Below, piece after piece: positions 17,156-33,779 of a stretch of 64,000 bases of DNA (positions are counted from its first letter, which is position 1; each line of letters begins with the position of its first letter). Below the pieces are notes generated by a model. It was not told the DNA's origin. It made no database searches and saw only the letters and a program-made list of their open reading frames with translations. A program made the translations under genes and the position numbers. Origin of the DNA: the human T2T-CHM13v2.0 reference genome, Homo sapiens. Where the stretch lies: the NCBI RefSeq assembly GCF_009914755.1, contig NC_060935.1. The stretch is one strand, 5' to 3'.

Positions 17156-17450
17156 AGCAGGGCGCAGTGGCTCACGCCTGTAATCCCAGCACTTTGGGAG
17201 GTTGCAGCGGGCAGATTGCTTGATCCCAGGAGTTAGAGACCAGCCTGGGCAACATTTCAAGACTTTGTCTTTACAAAAAAAAAAAAAAAAAAAAAAAATC
17301 AGCTGGGCGTGGTGGCATACCTGTAAGTCCCAGCTACTCAAGAGGCTGAGGTGGGAGAATCACTTGAGCCTGGGAGGTTGAGACTGCAGTGAGCTGTGTT
17401 CACACCACTACACTCCAGACTGGGTGAAAGAGCAAGACCCTGTCGCAAGG
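17156..17450 (+). mobile_element. AluJ-type SINE with expanded middle A tract and no intact poly(A) tail
   Basis: Dimeric Alu; ~24 A at 17275-17298; 3' end followed by G-rich sequence. Confidence 0.9.
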
Positions 17451-17631
17451 AAAGGGGTGGTGGGGGCGGGTACTTAAATTCTGGAACCAGATAATGAGAG
17501 TTTGAATCCAGACTGTTATTTAGTGTAAATGGTAGGCAGAATTTGAAACAGCACTCAAGATTCCCATTATCCTGGTGTACATGTCCGTATAAATGTCTTC
17601 CCCTTCAGTGTGGGCAAGACTTGTGAATATA

Positions 17632-18345
17632 TAGTCGGCCCTCTCAATCTGCAGATTCAACCAGCCACGGATAGAAAATATTTAGACAAAAACAAACAAA
17701 AGGTAACAATACAAAAATTTTAAAAATACAGATTTTTTTTTTATTTTCAAAGTATTTAGGAATTCTTTAATTAGAAAATTAAAGGCAATGGGATTATCTA
17801 TTGGTTCTAGAAGTACCCATGAATTAAATCACTTACATCTCCCACTTAAAAAACAAAACAAAACCTTAAATCACATTGCTGTTAAGCTTTCATACAGTAA
17901 GAAATAAGACCAAGCTATGCTGGAGTACAAAAACCTGAAATTGTGAGCATGAAAATAATTTATTGATTAGACATCTTGCTTACTCAAGCATTAGGTCTAC
18001 TGGAGATAGAATTAACACAGTTCATGAAAATGGAAAAAAATTCCATTCAGCACCTGCTTCCTTTCAAATTTCCTGGGGACATGGTTTATGCAAAAAAAAA
18101 ATACAAATTGCAAAAAAAATACAAATTTAAAAACAACAGACATAACTATTTACATAGCATTTGCATTGTATTAGGTATTATAAGTAATTTAGAGATAATT
18201 TGAAGTATACAGGACTTATGTACATAAGTTATATTTGTAGGTTATATTAAAATACAAATTTTATATCAGGGGCTTGAGCTTACTTGGATTTTGGCATCCA
18301 CAAGGGTCCTGGAATCAATCCTCCACAGATACTGAGAGATGAATG
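17632..18345 (+). mobile_element. Tigger3a/GOLEM-type MITE, split by a retrocopy insertion
   Basis: TA|tagtcggccctc..gattcaaccagccacggatagaaaatatt; ctatttacatagcatttgcattgtattaggtattataagtaat; ends cagatactgagagatgaatg|TA. Confidence 0.8.
17733..18091 (-). pseudogene. 5'-truncated retrocopy of an unidentified polyadenylated transcript 3' end (3' UTR-like)
   Basis: Poly(T) at 17733-17742; minus-strand ATTAAA at 17771-17766, about 20 nt from the tail; TSD aaaaataca(g/a)att at 17722-34 and 18097-109; non-repeat body interrupting a colinear Tigger3a. Confidence 0.7.
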
Positions 18346-19314
18346 TAATAGAATTTTCCTCCCATGATTAAGGTTCCCAACCATTTGACTTTGAGTTAAT
18401 TTAAAGCAAAATTATCTGTGTAGGCTTGGCCTAATCAAGTGAACCCTTGAGAGCCAAGAAGCAGTAGCAGATGCTCTTCTGCTAGCCCACAAGAAAGCAA
18501 ACAGAACTCCTCATGGAGGGAGCCATGTGGCTAGGACCTGAGGGTGGCTCCTAAGAACTGGGAGTGAAATATGGCTGACAGCTAGCAAGGAACTAGCTCA
18601 GCCCTACCACCACAAGGAACTCAATTCTGCCAACAACCTGAATGAGCTTGGAAGATGACCCTGAGCTACACATGAGAAGCCTGGCCAACACCTTGATTTT
18701 AGATTTCTTAGATCCTGAGCAGAGAACTCATTTATACTGTGCCTAGAGTTCTGACCTACAGAAACCATGAGATAGTAAATGAGTGTTTTAAGCTGCTAAG
18801 CTTGTTTTATTTTTTAAAGCAGTCATAGAAAACTAATATATTGTGTGACTTTGGACAAGTTACTTGATCACCCTATGTGCCTTACTGTCATTGTTAAATG
18901 GAGAGATAACAGCACCCACTTCATAGGGTATCTAGGTGGATTAAATGAGTGAATACATGGAAAATATATGTGGTACTTGGTAAAGCATCAAATGTTGGCC
19001 AATAATAGTAGTAGTGGTTGTTATAAGAACTCATTGTAAAGTAGAAAATGAAAGGAATTTCCTTAAAATGCCAAAAGATGATTATCACAAACCTATAGCA
19101 AGCATTAGACTTAATAGTGAAACTTTGTAAGGACTCCACTAAAATCAGAAGGCACATAAGGATGCCAGTTGTCTTTACAATAAAATATTGTATTTGTGGC
19201 CCTGGCCAATAGAATTATATGAGAAAAAGAAATGAAGTTTACATATTTGAAAAAAGGGAAAAAAAGCTTACAAACTGAAAATGAATACAATACAAGCACC
19301 TAGCAATATGGTTA

Positions 19315-19741
<427 letters not shown>

Positions 19742-19970
19742 TTAGCTATGCCTTATGCTTCTCTGATTTGGCATAATACTATTTGTATATATATTTTTAA
19801 GTTGTTTTTGAATTTGAAATAATTCATTGCAGTATATTGTAAATCTTTTTTTCCCTGGGCATTATCAAGTGTTCTCTGCCTATAGCCAAGTAGAAGAACT
19901 TTGACCCATAAAGACTAACTAAAGTATGCAAATAACAGCACTAGATCTGCAGCAAAGAAGTAGAAGAAGC

Positions 19971-20589
<619 letters not shown>

Positions 20590-20881
20590 AACACACTGGA
20601 TTTTAAAATGCAAGTGTTAAGTGGAAATAGAAAACACGGTAACAATCAGCAGACAAGGAGGGTTTGGTTGAAGTTACTTGACAATAAGAAGAATATCATG
20701 CACATTACTGCAACCCTAGAAAGACTGATTAACAATTATATGAAAGTATATCAGAAATGAGTTTGTGAGTGAAAATTTTAGCACATAAATAGCAAAAAAA
20801 GAAAAAAAATTCCAATGCAAGAACCCTTAGGGAAAATGGTTAAAAGACAAACCACTCAATTAAAAAATTATCAAAGGGTAT

Positions 20882-21483
20882 TGTATCAATCATGTTTCAG
20901 TCAGAAAAGCAGAATTAGTGTGAATATTATGGTCTGATGGATTTATTGGGACAAGATCGTACGCAATTGTGGAAGAAGCTACAGAAATAAGAGTGCAAAA
21001 GCAGGGCTTGGAGATCAGAGAAAAGTCACTACCCCAGCCCTTCTGAAGCTCTGGTGCAGGTAGACAACTCAGGCAAAGAAGTAGGAAGTGAGGTATATCC
21101 AGCTGCTGCGTGGAACCCCAGAGGAGAGCAGGTGGAGACATCTATGGAAGGCTGTTGCCACTGCATCTGATAGTGGGAAGGGAGTTGGTATTGGTCAGCA
21201 GGGCCAGCAGCTGGGAAGAAGAGCTAGATGCAGAATGGAAGCACAGACACCAAATGGAATCTGCAAGCAGCCTTGCATCTGTGGATTACTGTGTCTAACA
21301 CCATGCCCTGCCACCATGCCAGTGTAGTGGCTGCTGCCATGGCCAGTTATTATCTTTGGAAGACAATGAAGTGAATTCTATCTTCCAAATCTTACCCAAA
21401 TTTATCTTTTGTTCATCTGTAACCTGGATCCATATAGGCAGTCGTCTTCTGGTAAATACTTCCAGCTTAGCCAGGTTGACACA
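20882..21483 (-). mobile_element. Old MLT1-family MaLR LTR
   Basis: tgtatcaatcatgtttcagtcagaaaagcagaa start; ttccagcttagccaggttgacaca end. Confidence 0.55.
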
Positions 21484-22159
21484 GTTAAAAAATTACAGTG
21501 GATATAAACAGGCCTTATATTATATTCTAGTAATACAAAGATTAATAGCAATAATAGTAATCACTCAGAAAATTATAGTTGCTCTTGCGATCTTTCAGGT
21601 ACTGTTCTACACGTGAATTGTCACAAAAGCAGTATGAGATTAATGATATTATTATCTACATTATATTCACAAATTGTGTCACAGAGAGTTCAAGAAAAAA
21701 TACTTCCAAGACTACATGTTGTTCTCTAGGGTTAGCAGTACCAACAATTTGTCAGAATCTAGTAAAACGGTTTCGAGTACATACTGTTTAGAAGTTTGTC
21801 CCCTAGAGAAACTTGCTCAAAGGAGGGCATATAAAGATGTTTAGTACATCATTACTTGTACTGGTGAAAAAATTAGAAACAACCTAAATCCCCTTTAGTA
21901 AGGGAGTGGAGAAATAAAATATTGAACATCCATAAGATGGAATACTAATCAGGAGTTCAAAGGAATATTTTAGATACACACACAGACAAAAATAGCTTTC
22001 AGAAAACACTATGGAGTGAAAAAAAGTAAGTTGCAGAATGGTACGTATGGTTCATTGTTTTTCATAGAAACACTTGTATTTTAAAAGTATAAAAAGCAGT
22101 AAACACAGATATTAACCAAATTATAAAAGGAGTGGCTTGTGGAGAGAAGATATGACAGG

Positions 22160-22793
22160 TGCTGTTGGTTACCTAACCATGGTCATTCCTGTTTCTCAAG
22201 AGGTCCCTATTGTTAGTAATTAACTCTCTTCTTGGGTATGTGGAAAGTGGGTTCCAGTCTCAGTGCCAGGGAGTGAACTACAATTGGCTTTTTACTAATC
22301 ATGTGATCCCACTCCACTCAACAGTGATGGATTTAGGAGTTGATTCACAATTCTGGCCAGTTCTATGGGGTACTGCTGGGAATAGTTTTATGCACTAAGA
22401 CAGACACGTGGCTGTGATGCTGGTAATATTCAATTTCTTGGTCTGGGTGCTGGTTTCATAAAAGTATTAATTCTGTGAACATTAAGGGAGTTTGCCCTTA
22501 CCTATCTGTATGTTATACATTAATAAAAAGTTTATATATTAAAAAAGACACACAGGAGAAAAGTCTGCCATTTTCTACTAGATGTCTCTACAGATGAGAG
22601 CTGATTGTGTACCAACCATCCTGTGATCATGAATGGGCCTTGCCCAATTTTCTAAGGATGGCAGAGTGGAAAGATGGGAAGACCTGGGTCCCAATTAATG
22701 TAATAAAGTTTCTGAGTTAGCCATTTCTTTTTCTTCTTTGAATCAGTGATTTGGTTTTTCTGTCACTTGAGGTTAAAATGATCCTAACTAATG
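22160..22793 (+). mobile_element. MLT1J-like LTR containing a short L1 3'-end insertion (about 22412-22545)
   Basis: aggatggcagagtggaaagatgggaagacctgggtccc; ggtttttctgtcacttg..atcctaactaat; L1 tail tgtatgttatacattaataaaaag. Confidence 0.6.
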
Positions 22794-23671
22794 GAGGAAG
22801 GGGGAGTCCCTGAATTGGTAAACAAAGAAGGCTCACTTGATCTGTAATGTTTTATTTATTTTAACTAAAAAATAATATCTGTTGTCAACTCTGCGTAGTG
22901 AGTATGTAGGTCATTATTCTCTAATTTTAAAATGAAGTGGGTAGTATTATTTAAACTGTTCTTTAATTTTTTTTAAAAAAAGGAAGAAAAAGTATCAGAT
23001 GAGTTGTTGCTCATCAGGAACAAAAATGAGGGAGTGATTATTTTAAGTTGAGGGGCAACTGGGAAATAATATTTCTCAGCAAATGAATCAAAAGCCAATT
23101 TGTTTATATTCATTTAATAAATACTTAGTGGGCTTTTACTGTGTATAAGCTACTGTGACATTCTGTTTGGACCTATATTTGAAATCACTAGGTTTTTGTA
23201 AAGAACATCTTGATATATTGGTATGTGTCTTCAATAGGAAGTTATATGTTCTAGAGGACACCCATATGTCTGGGTTAAAGTCTGTATTTTAAATTAGAGT
23301 GTCTCTAGTATTATATTCAAATTTGGCAAAAAACTTATGTAAGTATTTTTGTATGATACAGAAACATATGTTTCCATCATTTAGCTAAGTAAAATTCATA
23401 AAACAAATTATTCTTATGTCTAGTAGAAGTGTACATAGAATTCTGACTCCCAAGTTTGTATTATTTCTTGAGATAGTAACCATGCTCAACCCTCAAATTA
23501 TGACATACATATGTATGTGTTCCAAGATACAATAATTTAAAGAAAGTCTTTGGTTAAAAATACACACTGTGGTGTAAGACCTGAGTTAGAATCCAGCTCT
23601 TTGTCACCTTAACCCTGGGCAAGTTACTTCTCTAAGCTTCAGTATGGGGAATAGTGTCATTGTGGAGTTTG

Positions 23672-24042
23672 TATGTAATGGAAACCTCAAATTAACAATG
23701 ACTTAAATAAAATTTTATTTTCAGGCATAAAAATCCAGGGATCAGTAATCCAGGGCTGGAGTGGCAGTTCCGTAAATGCTTCAGGAAATGCAGGCTGCTT
23801 CAAGGTCTCTGCTCTGCCATCCCTGGATTGTGGCCCTCATGGTCCAAGATGGTTGTTGGAATGTCAGTCATTATGTAGCCAACAGGAAGTGGGCATTCCT
23901 CCCTCCTCTAAGGACTCCTCTAAGGACCTCTGTAGGAGGTTGAGAAATGTCTTTTTTCTAAGTGGCTTTTAAACTTCAGGGGTTCTGTTAACAACAGAAG
24001 AAGAGAATGGGCATTGGGGCACAATCAGCAGTCTCTGTCACA
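23672..24042 (-). mobile_element. Old MLT1 (K/L-like) LTR inserted in a MIR (23570-23670, 24043-24110)
   Basis: ctcaaattaacaatgacttaaata; cagtaatccagggctgg; catggtccaagatggttg; aatcagcagtctctgtcaca. Confidence 0.55.
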
Positions 24043-24139
24043 GGGTTGTTTTAAGAATTAACCAGTACATATAAAGCCCAGCACACAGAGCCTGACATGG
24101 AAACAAAGGCTGCTATTTTAATCACTAGTAGTAAATGTC

Positions 24140-26712
<2,573 letters not shown>

Positions 26713-28634
26713 ACATTGATTTTTAAGTGTGCTTTTGGTGGCTTCATTTGTACAAAGTCTTTGCAAACTAACAATACAATTCAGTGAACATTTATTCAAT
26801 ACCTGCTCTGTTAGACCATTGTACAAGAGACAGACATGTAAACATATGATTGTAAAACAAAGCCTAATGTGATTACCTGCTCCCAAATGATGAATAAATA
26901 CTGATATCTCATAGAAGCACCTCACTTCTTTTGGGACTAGGGGAAGGCTTCAGAGAGGATAGAACATTTGCACTGGGCCCTGAAGGGTGGGAGCAATCTG
27001 AAGAGGAGGTTCAGTGCCAGCTGTGGCCAGTGTTGTCCAATCCCACCATCACTGGAAAAGGAGATGTGTTTAGGAAAGAAGTCTGGTGGAGCTGTGGGAG
27101 GCTGTTTTGACTTCTCTGCCTCTCCTAGACATTTATATTAGTCATTTCTTCCTGAGGATTTTCTCCTCCCTGCCCTATCACCCAGACACCCTTAATTTTA
27201 GTATTGACTTTACCATGCTGAGTTATATTGTGGTTCTCTCCCCACTGGCACCCTGCCTCTTAAACTTTTGGTCTAATTTAGAGAAGGACAAGGGAAGGGA
27301 AAAGAAAATATTGGTTTCACCTGGCCAGATGTAGATTCCCGAATATAAAGATAGGAACTCTCTTTCCTAACCTCATAGGCTACTAGGTATAGCTGTTATC
27401 TTTTTTGAGGCACTAAGATTAAACTGTCATTTTCACAGTTTGAACGTAATTTTTAGAACCCTCAAGAGTAATATAGGACACATCTAATTTTTTCAAAGAA
27501 GTATAATTGTTTCACAACTATAAAATATTTCTCTGTGAAGATGCTTTTCAGAAGTAACTGGGCAAGTCATTATGGTGTGTGTACATGTGTAACATCCTCC
27601 AACTTTAGAATTTTGTGCCCTGGATTTGTTTTCTTTTATATTGTTGGGTCCAAAAGAGGAAAGGCTGGCTTAGAACTAAATAGCAGAACTAAACCATATG
27701 TTTTATACCAAATTAGAAACAGGTGAAGGTTGTTAAAATCCAGCAAGCACTTAGAAAAGCTTGAGACACAAGTTTGTATTAAAGGCAGGTGGTTATATGT
27801 ACAATAAAAAACAGTCACCAGCACACTGGCTGATTGATACATATGTGATTGATCTTTTTGGATAAAAACAAGGAGGAGTTAATAAATCACTGCACATAGC
27901 TATAAAGATGTTTGGGCTTGAAAGCCTAGCCTGTAAGAGCAAATGTGGGCCCTGAAGGAAATTTATGAAGCCTAGATCCTTTTAGCTTTACTTAACAGCT
28001 AACATCTGACTGACCCAGGGGGACCATGGAAATTTATTGCTGGGCCATTCAAATATTTAAGCTGTTGTGTGATGCAGAACAGGTAAAGATTAGCCCAATA
28101 ACAAATATGAGGCTATAAAATAAAATGAGATTTCGATGACTTGTAAGTACTTGTCAGAGGTCAGCTCCAAATGACTGGTCAGAAATGGTAAAAACTTGTT
28201 GATAATTAAAGGGGATTGACTATGACAACCTAGATGTTTGCATTGGTTGCTGTCAGATCAGTGATCCTTGGAATTTCCTTCTCCTTTGAAGTCCATGCTT
28301 AACAAAATGACTTAGGGGCCTCTAAATTGTCTTTTTGTGCTCTGAAATTGGGCAAGATGATGAATTGAGGTGATTCCTTTTGCAATTTTATCATTGAAAT
28401 ATGTCTTTCTCAAATACATTCTGAATATAATGCAATTCCTAGACAGCATATTCACTTTAGAAAACTGACTTTAGCTAACTTATGTGTGTAATTTTGAGCA
28501 TTGACATCCAGAAAGCAGGTAAAGTTTTTAGGCTTTTTATGATAGATGATCTAAAATCAGCCTTTAAAACTTAAGTAGTTTAACAGATTTATGCACACCA
28601 TTATTGAAAAGTTGATTTAGTGGAATTAAGTGGA

Positions 28635-28979
28635 TGTAAGGAACATGGCTGTGCTGCAGCCAAGCAGGCATAGGGCAGCAGGCATAAGCCGAGGTAAACA
28701 GCCCACATGACTCAGCGGGATTGGGGCGCAAGCGCACAGTATCATATCTTATATAATCATAGCCGTGTAGACACAGCATAGAGAAGCTCCCCACCTGGCT
28801 CTCAGCCGCTATTGTTTGTGTAGTGTATAAATGTAACACTAACCCTGTGAAGGGGCTGCTGAATAAAGCCATGTCTCATCTACCTGCTGTCTCTTGAGTG
28901 TTCTTCCAGCTCCCTGCCCCACATCCACCCACTCCGCTCAGCCCTCAGCTGGGGCTGGAATCTGACCCTGAGCATGACA
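28635..28979 (+). mobile_element. LTR18A solo LTR (ERVL class)
   Basis: TG...CA termini; perfect 5-bp TSD GTGGA (28630-34 / 28980-84); start tgtaaggaacatggctgtgctgcagccaagcaggcatag matches recalled LTR18A; TATAAA at 28826, AATAAA at 28862. Confidence 0.85.
28708..28756 (+). promoter_or_regulatory. AP-1/ARE-like site TGACTCAGC and bZIP-like TTATATAA within LTR18A
   Basis: Motifs read directly at 28708-28716 and 28749-28756; function not shown. Confidence 0.5.
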
Positions 28980-31900
28980 GTGGATTTTTCAAAAACTTTC
29001 CAAATATTCTACCCACATTTATTTAAGCCCCAAAAGCAATAATGTATATAATATTGTTAATAGGACTATGGAAGTTACATGAATGAGATCTACAGTTATT
29101 GGTATTGACAATCTTTGCCTTTTTGACTTTAAACATAAAATGTAGATTTGATGGTTTTCAGAGTGCCAGCTTATCAAATCACTTGGTAAATTTGGCAGTG
29201 ATTTGGCATATGAACATCTGATTTGTGGGGAGAAGAAATCCCTTAGTTTTTAATAGAAATCTTGTATGAAATGAAATTTACAAATAATACAGCTTTACAA
29301 AATGGGGTTATTACTTGATGGAGAGCATGGAATAGAATAAAAAGCAGAGGCTTAGAAGTCAGACAGGCATGGGTTGGAAGTAGCTCCGCCACTTCTACTT
29401 CACCCATACATTCACCCCTCCCTCCATTCCACAAATAAATGTGTTCCAGATGCAGGGCTCTTGGAACTGGGATACAGCATCAGTAAGGACTTCGGCTCAT
29501 AGTTCACATTCCTTTGGAAGATTCAAGGAATAAACAAGCAACTACAATACAGTGTCAAAGGTACCCTGTTAGGGATTGTACAGGGTTCGTGAAGACACAT
29601 GGGGAGAAATAACTGATTCAAACTTGGGGCAGGGGTGAAGTGAATTGGAGATGGGTGGCTGTTGTGGAGTGTTAGGAAACGCTATGTGACCATGGGCACT
29701 AAATTAATAGTGCCTGCAGGACAATTGCTAGGATTGTATAGATAAAGTATAATAAGTACAATACCTGCTGCATAATAATATTCCATAAATGCAATCCAGC
29801 ATCAACATCATTGTTATTGCTGTCATCTTATCAGTACTCACTGGCGTTTGCTCTAATAGTAGACGGCTCTACCTGCTGTTAATCTGTGGCAAACACCATT
29901 CTGTAATTTAGGATCTTCTCTCAACCAAATAATTTTTCTTTTGAGCAGAACTCAAAGCACTTTCTAAAAATAAGAGTTGGTTGTCTAGGTATATTAAAAC
30001 CAAGAAAGAAAGAGTAATAAGAACATACCTGAATCTTGAAATCTTCCGTATTGATTCCTGTGTTTTGTTTTTTAATTCACAGAACTATATGTTACTTAGT
30101 TCTCCTTCAGTATTTACTTAATATATTCATTTGTTTAATCATTCATTTGCAGATATTTGTTGAATACCCACTTTCAATAAGAATCTGAGCTTAACACCCA
30201 TGTCCTCAAGGAAATTGCGTTTTAATTCAGGAAGTAAGACATTTGTATAAACAGACATTTGTATAAAATATTGAGTAGAAAGTGCCAGGTGCATAAGAAT
30301 ACTTTTTGATTTCAGAAGGCAACAAAATGAATAAAATATGCTGTCTCTCTTGAGACACTTACAGATAGGAGTGGAGGAAAAGAAAAGGGAAATCAAGCAT
30401 ACCGTTAAGAAAGGTAATAATAATAATTGAATGCCTGCTGTATCCTACTAACTGTGCTGGGTCATAGATTTTTTTTAAATGCATTTTGTTATGTAGATTT
30501 GAGGTTGAGTCATAGATTTTCTTGTTTAATTTTCACAGCAATCCTTAAAGATTGCTATTATTAAACCTATTTTAGAGTTTTGGAAACAATTTCAGAGTAG
30601 CATGTTCTAGTTCATACCACAAGTGAATAACAAAGTTCTGTCCCTCTGACTTCAAAGCCTTAACTTATTGTACCTAAATAGCCCTTTTGCCTTTCTCCTC
30701 TTCTCATCTCAAAATAGGTATCAGCACAAAAATTAAATAAACAATTTTTATATAAAGGATTGAGTACCTGTTATCAGCACTGTATAAGGAAGCAATTTAT
30801 AGACAATATAGAATTAGGTGTCCTGATACGTTTAAGCAAATCAATATTATATGCACACATTGTGAAGTGTTGTCTTTAGATATTTCAAGTGGTGAATAGG
30901 TTTTCTTCCAAATTTATGTTCCAGATGGAAAATATCTTCTGGCATTACCAAGTATTTATGCACCTTGCATGCTTAATTGTGGATTTGGTGTTTTTTTTTT
31001 TCTTAACATTTACAGATTTTTGTGGGAAACAGGTGCTGTTAAATCCAGGCAAATGCAGGATGGCTGTTAATGTTGTGGAATGTGATTTTGATTTGCTTGG
31101 CAGAATTTTTATTTAACAAAATTGACTATTAAAAAAAGACATGGTTTCCATCCTTTAATTTTACTCTGTTCACTGAAATTTGCCTGTGGACTGTTTTTCA
31201 ACAGTTACAAAAAGGGTGTGGAAAAACTGGAAGGTTTCTATAAGGAAATTGATATTGAGTTCTTTAACAATTTCCACAGCCCTGCAACTTACAAGTAAAA
31301 AAAAGGAGGGGGGATTATTTTTAACCTTCTTACTAAAATTACCTGGAATTCAATTTCCCTGAAATTCCATTCTTTTTTTAGTATAGCTCTGTCTAAAATA
31401 TTGTATATAATATTGGCAAAGAGAATGTTCTGGTGTAAATCTTCTCATTACATGATTTCTCCTTTAAAAACTTTGGGGTGATATTTTATTTCCTGTTATA
31501 TCAAATTTAACCTCTTTTGGTTGGCACATACGTCTCATATTTTCTCTTTTTTCTTCCCCCAAAGAAGGAGGAAAAAACAATCACTCCTCTTTTTGTTCTT
31601 CCATGAGGACTTTTAGGATAGAGATCAGCCCATGGTCTGGCGTGGTGTGTGTAGAGGGCCCTACCTAATCTGTCACATACCTTCCTATGCAACTTCAAAG
31701 TCGTCCCTTGCCATTCCTCCTTCAGTCCAGTTCTGTTGGCCTTCTTGCCAATCCTTGAAGCAGCATGTCTCCTCCTTCCACAGGGCCTTTACACAAGCTG
31801 CTTCCTCTAACCAGAACATTTCTTCCTTTAGCACCTACCCATCTCATTTATTAGGCTGATTATATGAGCACTATCTGTCTAACCCACTGGACTTTAACCT

Positions 31901-32759
31901 CATGTTTGTGTTTGCCCAGCCTTATATCCCTACCACCTAACACCATACCTGGCACATAGTATGAGTTCTTTGAAAACTTGTTGAATGAATAAACAGCATC
32001 CACAGTGGTCATTTTCCTTCATCCCCCCGGTTATGATGAAAGAGTTGCCCTTGTCTCACCTGCTGTCTAAGGCAGACCCTTCTGTACTCTCACCTGTGTG
32101 GTAAGGAAGCTATCCTCTTTCACCTCAGGACATGTTTCCTGCTGTGCCTCACCACATCCCTGCAGCTGCTGAGCTCCCCTCTCTCTATGCCAGGCTTCCC
32201 ACCAGCTTCATTTCCTTACCTCTAGCCACTGCTGAACTCATACCAGTCGGCCTTCATCCCCTGCTACTTCAGTTAAACTTTCATTTACCATATTATCAGC
32301 GCTACCTACCAGTGAACCCACAGAGTCAATCCAGTAGACGTTTAATTTTGAGATTCGCTTGACCTGTCTGCAGCACTTAACTGTTGATAGCGTCCTTCTT
32401 ACATTAGCAGTTTGTCTGAGCTTTTCTGGTGAGATACTTCTTGGTTTTCCTCATATCTTTTAACCAGTCCTTTTCTGGCTCCTTCTCCCCATCCTTCGTT
32501 CATATTCTCAAGGCTCTGAAGTGGTTCTCTTGTATACCATTTCTTTAGGCCATCTCATTCATACCTATGGCTTTGGTTTCCATCTAAAATGTTTATAATT
32601 CCCTATTCGATATTTTCGGCCCAAATTTTGTCACCTCATTTCATTTATATATAATAAATATACTTTGTTTATATTATAGAGTATCTATATACTATAGAGT
32701 ATATAGGTATAAATATATATAGTTTATAAGTGTATTATATTTATATATAATAAATATAT

Positions 32760-33125
<366 letters not shown>

Positions 33126-33425
33126 TCACAGATACCGCCATCTGCCTCGTTTCTCAATTGAGAAACGAAAGGGTCATCTTTGACTCCTCCCCTCTTTACC
33201 ATTTTGTAACAATCAATCCATCACAAAATTCTTTCAGTTCTTCCCACATATCTATTCACATATCTTCCTCTCTACTTCTGGAACCCTAACCAAAACTGTT
33301 ATTTCTGGCCTGGATTTTGCAATAACCTCCTATCCAGGTCCTGTTCACCTTTATTTACCACACTGTAGCCAGTCTGGTCTTTAAAAAACATAAACACCCA
33401 TGCTTTAAAAAGTTATTATCCTCCC

Positions 33426-33779
<354 letters not shown>

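Larger units (their letters stand above)
17527..18840 (+). mobile_element. MLT1E-family MaLR solo LTR, split by Tigger3
   Basis: tggtaggcagaatt..aagattccc..ctggtgtac..agtgtgggcaagacttgtgaata start; end ttttaagctgctaag..gcagtcatagaaaactaatata. Confidence 0.75.
17116..19020 (+). mobile_element. MIR split into three pieces (17116-17155, 17471-17525, 18841-19020) by Alu and MLT1E insertions
   Basis: aggcaatatac..ttaggaacatacattct | ctggaaccag..tttgaatccag | tgtgtgactttggacaagttactt..ggattaaatgag are colinear with the MIR consensus. Confidence 0.7.
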
